Assembly: GCA_028716665.1 (NCBI GenBank)
Contig: JAQUPP010000001.1
Span: 555,073 to 619,072 of the forward strand
Origin: Patescibacteria group bacterium
GTDB lineage: Bacteria > Patescibacteriota > Patescibacteriia > UBA2591 > JAQUPP01
Direction of reading: 5' to 3'
DNA length: 64,000 bases
Below the pieces are notes generated by a model that did not search any database, was not told the DNA's origin, and worked only from the letters and a program-made list of their open reading frames with translations. Below are positions 1-9,000 of this stretch, one piece after another. A program made the position numbers and the translations under genes. Every line of letters starts with the position of its first letter. Within the stretch, counting starts at the first letter, position 1.

Positions 1-3000
1 GCCGGACAAGTTGGTTTATCAAAACCGGAAGAAACAATTACGGAAAATTTTTCCAGCACAACCAAGCGCGATGCCGCTCAAACTACGGCTGATTGGAATA
101 GCGGTACCAACGAACTTACTTTAAAGAAAACAATTACGCCAAGGATAGTTGGTACTTATGATACTCCGGCTACTGCTTATGATGTGGCGATTTCCGGCAA
201 TTACGCGTATGTGGTGGATTATAATCAAGGCTTAGAAATTTTTGATATTTCCACCCCTAGTACTCCGATTTTAAAGAGTAAATTAACCAGCGTAATGGAT
301 GCTTATGGTATTACTATATCAGGCAATTATGCATATATAGCCGGTAATGATTGGGGTTTTTGGATCGTTGATATTTCAAATCCTTTAAGTCCAACCTTAG
401 TTAAACGATATTATCCATGGGGCAGTAATACTTTAAAAGTGGATGTTTTAGGTAATTATGCTTATATAGCTCATGGTGGTGAAGGTTTAAGAATTGTTAA
501 TATCACAGATAGAAGCAATCCTTCAGAAACAGGTTTCTATGACACAACAGGTTCTTGTTATGATGTTAAAGTGCGTCAAGTCGGCGGAAATATTTATGCC
601 TACGTGGCTGACGGAGCACCCGGGTTATTGATTTTTGACGTAACCAATCCGGCCAGTCCGGTTCTTCTTGATACTCTTGATACTGAAAATGCCCGTGATG
701 TTTATGTTTCAGGTGATTACGCTTATGTCAGTGATGGAAATTATTTTAGAATTCTTGATGTTTCTACACCGTCTGATATTAAAGAAAAAAGTATTATAGA
801 TACTTTGGATGGCACTGAAGGAATTGATGTCAGCGGCAATCGCGCTTATCTTGCCAGCCATTCTTATGGAGTGCAGATTATTGATATTACCGATAAATCA
901 AATCCAAGTAAAATATCAATGGTTGATACCCCTCAATATCTTACTGATGCTAATAATTCCGCTTATCAAGTTGCAGTTTCCGGCAATTACGCGTATGTGG
1001 CAAATGGGAATAATATTGGACTCGTGGTTATTGATGTGAGTGAACCGTTTTCGCCGAATTTTTCCGAAAGTTTAAAAACTTTATCCGACAGCCAAGGCGT
1101 TTATGTCTCCGGCGATTACGCGTATATGGCTGAAGGTTATCAAGGACTTCATATTTATGATATAACCGGTGATACGCCAAGTTATGTCGGCAGTTATGAT
1201 ACACCCGGTTATGCTCGCGATGTTTATGTCAGCGGCGATTACGCTTACGTGACAGACAGTGATTGGGGTTTGCAAATTATTAATATTTCTATTCCTTCTG
1301 CGCCAAGTTTTGTCAGTTGGTATAATACTCCGGGTACTGCTTACCAAGTCGTGGTTGATGGTGATTACGCGTATGTAATTGATGCTACTACTTTGCAAAT
1401 TATAAATATCAGCAATAAAGCTTTATTAACCTTAACCGGTTCTTATAACTGTCCCGATAATGCTTATGGTTTGGATAAAGTTGGAAATTATGTTTATGTA
1501 ACCGGTTATGGTCAAAATCCAAGTTTTTCCGCGGTAAACGTAACCAATCCGGCCAGCCCTACATTAGCCGGTTCGTATAATGGCAGCGAATATGGCAATC
1601 AAGCTTATGATGTTAAAGTAAAAACAGTTGGCGCTTCAACTTACGCCTTTTTAGCTTCTTATAATTATGGTTTTCAAGTTTTAAATATTACTAATTTAGG
1701 TTCTATCTCTCGCGCTACTTATTTATATAGTACAGAAACGAGTTATGGTATAAGACTATTCCTGTCCGGCAATTATGCTTATCTTGCAAATGAAAGAGGA
1801 GGATTGGAAGTAATTGATATTTCTAATCCGGCCGCAATAAATCGCCAGCAAAAAATAGACGTACCTGATTATGTAATGGATGTGATGATTGACGGAGATA
1901 ATGCATATATGGCTGCGCGTTCTTCCGGACTTCAAAAAGTTAATATTACTCGGCCGGCTTCATTGTCTTCCACGCCAACCAGTGATTATGGTCGTGAAGT
2001 TTTTGTCAGCGGCAACTATGCTTACATGGCGGAAGAAACCAATAGCAGTTTAAGTATTTTTGACATAACTGATAAAACCGCGCCGGTATTTTTATCTAAT
2101 AAAGATTTAGCAGGCACTTATTGCAATGATGTTAAGGTTGTCGGCAGTTACGCTTACGTTTCCTGTTATGACGCCGGTCTTTATATTGTTGATGTTTCCG
2201 ATCCGGCCAATCCTGTTTATAAAGGCGTTTACAATACACCGAGTTATGCTTATGAAGTAATAGTTGACGGCAGTTATGCTTATGTGGCTGATTACACCAC
2301 TTTGCAAATTATTAATATTTCTGATCCGACAAATCCAACGCTTACAGGTTCATATAATTGTTCCGATTATGCTTATTATTTGGACAAAGTCGGCAATTAT
2401 GTTTATATAACCAGCTATAATCAAAATCCAAATTTAACAATAGTTAACGTAACTAATCCGGCCAGTCCGACTCTGGCTGGTTCTTTATATCAAAATGATC
2501 GTCAGTTAAATGGTATTAAGGTTAATGGCAGTTATGCTTACGTGGCCTATAGTGCTGCTTCCGGCGGAGTGGCAGTTTATAATATTTCCAATCCGGCTTC
2601 TATTTCTAAAACTGGTCAATGGGGTTTGAATGATTCAACAACCAATAGCAGTTTTATTACTTATAGCAATAATAAAGTTTATTTGTCAGCCGGCACCGGG
2701 GGTTTGCATGTGGTTGATGTAACTACGGCGGCCACTCCTGCTTATGTCGGGACTTTTGATACCACCAATACCGTGCGCGGCAGTTATATTTCCGGCAATT
2801 ATCTTTATTTTTCAGATTACATAGGCGGATTGAAAATTTTGGATATTTCACAAACCATGGGAGCGCCAACTTTGGAAGGTTCTCTCGACACGCCCGGCAA
2901 TTCTTATCGTTTGGATAAATTGGGCGATTATGCTTATGTGGCGGATTACAGCGGTGATTTAAGAATTATCAATGTTTCCAATCCGGCTTCGCCTTCGGCA

Positions 3001-6000
3001 ACCGGCAATCTTTCTTTAACAGGCAACAGTTATGATGTTAAGGCAAAAGTTCAGGGCAGCAAAACTTACGCTTATGTTGGAACAGATCAACTCGGACTTC
3101 AGATTGTAGACGCGACTACGCCGGCCAGTCCTACATTGGCGAACTCGGTTAATATTGGAAGCAATATTTATGGAGTTGAGCTTAACAATAATTATGCTTA
3201 TTTGGCCAGTGATACCGGAGGTTTAAATATCGTTGCTATTGGTGGGACAAATGGTTCGGATTCTGCGCAAGAATCTTCTGATAATGAAACTTTTCCATAT
3301 AAAAAATCAATTGCTTTGACCGGAGCCGGCGACGCCAGTACGAATTATCAAATTATGGTTAAGGTCGGTTATAGCAGCGCCGCAACAGGAGTAAATTTAA
3401 CGTGTTCCGGTAATTGTCAAGCCGATTTTGACGATATCAGATTTTATGATAATGACGGTGTGACAGAACTTGATTATTTTAAAGAAACATACACTTTGGG
3501 TGATAAAGCCACTTTTTGGGTGGAAGTAAAAGATAGTTTGTCCAGCGGACAAAACCCGACCATATATATGTATTATGGCGACAATGATGCCAGCACCACT
3601 TCCAGCGGCGCCAATACTTTCCCGTTATTTTTTGATGATTTTACCGGCACAACAATTGATACCGGAAAATGGAGCGAAACAGATACATCCAGTAAAATCA
3701 GTCAAAGTGATAAAATTGTTGTTACCGGCGGCGCGGGTTGGGGAAATACCAGTTTATACAGTGTGAGTGATTTTGCCAGAGCTGATAATTTGGAATTATT
3801 ATTTGATTATAAACCGACTGGCGGAACTTCTGTAATGTTTGGTTGGAAAGATAGCACTTCCGGCAAGAGCTATACGGATTTAATTTATTCTTTCTATGAT
3901 ACTAGTGATACAAATCGTATTTACGAAGACAATGGTGACAGAGGACAATTTTCCGGTGGTTGGATCGCCAATAACACTTATAAAGTCAGAATGCCGTTGA
4001 AAACCGGTGGCGGAGCAAAATATATGCGCAGTACTGATGGCGGACGAACATGGGTATTAAATTATGATTCTTCGTATTCCACTGAAGCGACTGAAAAAAT
4101 CGGTTTTATTAATTCTGATGCTGCTTATGAGATTGATAATGCTTTTATTCGTAAGGTTTCTTCTGCTGATCCGAAAATAAATAATTATATTTATAATGCC
4201 GGCGGTTCTGATTTAACAGAGCAAGCTTCGGGTAACGGAGATTTTCCATACAAAAAAACCATTGGTTTATTGGGCCAGGGTGATGCGGGAACGAATTATC
4301 AAATTGAAATTAAAGTTGGTTATGCTCCTACAACCAATGGAGTTAATTTAAGTTGTTCCAGCCATTGCCAAACTGATTTTGACGATATCAGATTTTATGA
4401 TAATGATGGTACGACCGAATTGGATTATTGGCGAGAAACTTATACTGCTTCTGATCAGGCCACTTTTTGGGTAGAAGTTAAAGATAGTTTGTCAGACGGT
4501 GAAAATCCGAATATTTATATGTATTATGGAAATGAAACGGCGGATACCGCTTCTAATTCCGCTAATACTTTTACTGAAACAAATCCTGACACATTTGATG
4601 TGGGAAGCTGGCACATGGAAGAAGGTTCTGGATCTACTACTGACGATGCTTCTGCTAATAGTAATACAGCCACTATTAATGGCGCGACATGGACTTCATC
4701 TGGGAAATTCGGGAACGCGCTAGACTTTGATGGAGCTGATAATGTCAGTGTTCCTTCAAGTTCTGAATTAAGCCCAACAGACGCGATTAGCGTGGAATTT
4801 TGGATTTATCCAAAGGGTCGTTATTCGGATTGGGGAAATATTATTTATAAATCAGGCAGTTATGGTCTTAATTGGGAGGGTTGGAATGCAAGAATGAGGT
4901 GGACAATAGGCGCAAGTTGCGGCGGCAGTTGGGGTGGAGGAGGTCTCCCCACTTTAGCCTATAATACCTGGACTCATGTCGTGGCCACTTATGATAAAAA
5001 TTTACCCAGCAATCAGATGAATATGTATTTTAATGGTGTTGTTGGCGAAACTTTAACCTGTACTAATGCTATTCCTGTTAATTCCAATGCTCTTGTAATG
5101 AAGATTGATAACAATATTCCTGTGGATCAATCAGAAAGATTAGATGAAGTAAAAGTTTATAATCGTGCTTTATCTGCCGATGAAGTTTCATCTTTATATA
5201 ATTATAACTTAATTAGAACTCGTAAGTCTTCTTCTGTTGATCCGGAAGTGGCTAATACTATTTCACCGTTTACACCCGAAATAATCAGTTCTTTTGATAC
5301 GCCGGGTAATGCTTGGGATGTGAAAGTGAAAACTATTGGCGCTGTAACTTATGCTTTTGTGGCAGATTATTCCGGCGGCGGATTAAGAATTATCAATGTA
5401 ACCGATCCTGCCAATCCGGTTGAAGTTTCATCAATCGGTTCCGGAAATACTTTTAGATCAGTTGATGTTGTTGGTAATTATGCTTATTTGGCTCTTGAAG
5501 GCAGCGATCTTTATATTTATGATATTTCCAATATAGCTGTTCCTTTTTTTGTCGGTAATTACAGTATAGTAAATTATGAAGCTTACGATATACAAGTTAT
5601 CAGTAATTATGCTTATTTGGCTAACAGACAAGGAGGTTTGTATATAATAGATGTCAGTAATCCGTATCGGCCGGGCATGGTCAGTCAATATAACACTTAT
5701 CCGGATTATACTTGGGGGTTGATTGTTGAAGGGGACTACGCTTATTTGGCTACTTATACTACTGGTTTAAAAATAATTGACTTAGGTGATTTATCACCGC
5801 CGGTTCAAGTTTCAACTACAATGGCAGTTGGAATTAGTAATGCTCAAGATGTGGCGGTTTCCGGTAATTATGCATATGTGGCGGAATACAATTGGGGATT
5901 AATAGTTATTGACGTCTCAAGCACAAGTACACCAAGCATTGTCGGGTCAGCTCAATCTTTTGGTAATCCATATGCTATTACAGTGGACGGCGATTACGCG

Positions 6001-9000
6001 TATGTGGCGAGCCAGAATAGAGGTTTGGAAATATTTGACATTTCCGATCCGACAGCGCCGATTTTAACCAAATCTTATATTTGGACGGGCAGCGGTTCGG
6101 TTTATGATATTGAAGTAATTGGCAATTATGCGTATCTTGCCAATTATACTTATGGTATTAAAATAATTGATATTACTGATAAATATAATCCACTTTTAGT
6201 CGGCAGTGCAGGCGTAAGTGGAAGCGCAGCCGGTATTGATATACAAGGTGATTATGCTTATGTCACAGACTATGGTGCTTATATGCATATTTTTAATATT
6301 TCCAATAAAACTTCGCCGCAATGGATAAGCAGTTATAATATTACCGGAGGTCAAGGCTTGGTGTGGAGAATAGCTGTTTCCGGCGATTATGCTTACGTGG
6401 CTGACAAAGGATATAATTTATATATTTTTAATATTGCCGACCCATATAATATCGCGCTTGTCGGCACTCTTGATTCTGACATATCAGGACAGAGTGACAG
6501 GGGTGCTTTAAATCTTTTTGTCAGCGGTACGCGTGTTTATATTGCGGATTACACTCGCGGTCTGCAAGTAATTGATATCAGCGATCCGACTGCTCCTTAT
6601 ATTTTATCTTGCATTGACAGAGTTAAAGATAATCAATTGTGGGCTGGAGCTTATTTTGGCGGAGTTATATCTGTATCTATCTCCGGACATTATGCTTATT
6701 TGATTGACACTTTAAGGGGTCTTTGGATTGTTGACCTTGATCAATTATCAGAAACACCGGCAGTGAATACTGCCAGTGGCGGTTATGTGACAGATATAGA
6801 AGTGCAAGGAGATTATACTTATGTTTTGGCGAATAGCAGTGCCGGGAGCGGTTCAACGGCATTTTCTGTTTTATCAATTTTTGATACCAGTACCAATCCG
6901 GCCACTTTAAAGAGTCGAATAAAAATTTATGATGCTTTGGGGATAACGGTCAGTGGTAATTATGTTTATGTGGCAAATCTTGGCAAGGGATTATTAATTA
7001 TTGATGTTTCAAATAAATCTGCTCCGCAGGGAGTCGGCGTTTATGATTCAACCGGTTCTACTTATGACGTGGCGGTCTCAGGAAATTATGCATACTTGGC
7101 GGATTATTCCGGCGGATTTAAAGTAATTGATATTTCTACTAAAACCAGCCCGGTTTATAAGACAGTTATTAATACAGGTGTCGCAACCCAGAGAGTTCAA
7201 GTAAAAGGCAATTATGCTTATGTGACTGATGCCACTACCGGTTTTCATATTATTAATATTACCACCCCCACTTCGCCTTCAGAAACAGGTTCAACTTTAC
7301 CGGTCAATGCTCATTATGACTTCTTTGTTGAAGGAAGTTATGTTTATGTCGGCGACAATACATCGGGTCTAACAATATACAACATTTCCAATCCGGCCGC
7401 GCCTTATTTGGTTGGTACTTATGATACCATGGGTAATGTTTATGACGTAAAAGTTTCCGGCGGATACGCTTATATCAGCGATTATGGCGGCGGACTTTTA
7501 ATTTTGGATGTTTCAATTCCTTCATCGCCGGCTTATGTTGGTAACTACATCAGCAAAAGCTCAACTTACAGACTTTTTGTCAAAAGGAATAAAATATATT
7601 TGGCTACGCAATATCACGGCGTGGAAGTTATAAATTTAAAAACACAAAATTCAAACGTTGTTTCAACCGGACTTGATACTTTGGCTGCTCCGATTTTAAA
7701 AGGTTCTTTAACCGCCACTGACACTGAGCCGACCGGCACTTCTATTACTTATTATTTAAGTGTTGATAACGGCACTACTTGGGAGGCAATTACGCCTGAT
7801 GGCAGTGAATATACTTTTACCGCTTTTGGTTCTGATTTAAAATGGAAGGCGGTTATGACCACTGATGATTCAACAATAACTCCAACTATTTCTCAAGTTG
7901 TAATTTGGGCTTCAACCGGAATGAGCAATACCGGTTATCTTATTTCTTCGGTTTTTGAGCAAAAATCTCCAAATTTTGCTTGGGAAACCATAGAATGGAC
8001 TGACAACGAAATACAAACTACAAGAGTAAAAGTTCGTACTGACGAGACTGCCGATATGGCCACAGCCACGACTTGGACAAATTGTCCATACGCGGTAGAC
8101 GAAGGCGATCTTGGCGATTTATCTTCTGTTTCCTCAACTCAACCTTATATCCAATATCGTCTTGAATTCGCCACTTCGGATATTGATGAAACTCCGATTC
8201 TTAGCGATATTGATATAACCTCAGCGGTTTATGCCACCGCGACTTATGATTATAGTCAAACTAATCCGGTTGGTTGGTATCACATTGATTGGGTTAATTC
8301 CGGCGGCACAGACACGGCTGTAAAAGTTAGAACTAAAGAAGCGGATACTCAAGAAGGATTAGACGATGATACTTGGAGTGATTGGGTAACTACCAGCGGC
8401 CAAGATATCAGAGAAATGGCCAGTCCGACAAAATGGATCAGGCTTGAAGTTCAAATAGAAACAAGAAAAAATAATGTTTCACCGATTCTGGAAAGTTTAA
8501 GTCTTTTTTACGCGGTCAATGTTACGCCAACAGTCTCAGAAATTTCGGCTCAGGAAAACGAAAATGGAGTGGTTCAAATTTCTTATACAGTTTTAGACGA
8601 GGACAGTGATAGTATTAGCACAACTTTTCAATATTGGGATGGTGATTCTTGGGAAGATTGCGATACCACTACGGGTGAAGGCAGTCATGATGTCACTCCG
8701 GGTTTGCAGACAGAATTAACCGGCACGTGGAATGTAAAAACAGATTATAATAATCAATATCTTGCCAATTCTCGCATTAAAATTATTATTGATGACAGTT
8801 CGCCTTATTTAAATCTTGGCGAAGATCAATCTACTACTTTTGTAATTGATACGAAAAAACCGACTACTCCGACTTTAAGTATTAACTCAGGCGCAGCGAT
8901 TACCAACTCTTTGTTTGTAACTTTAACTCCGGCTTGTGTTGATGACAGTGATTTAAAAGTTCAGTTTTCCAATGATGATTTAACTTATGGCACGGTCACC

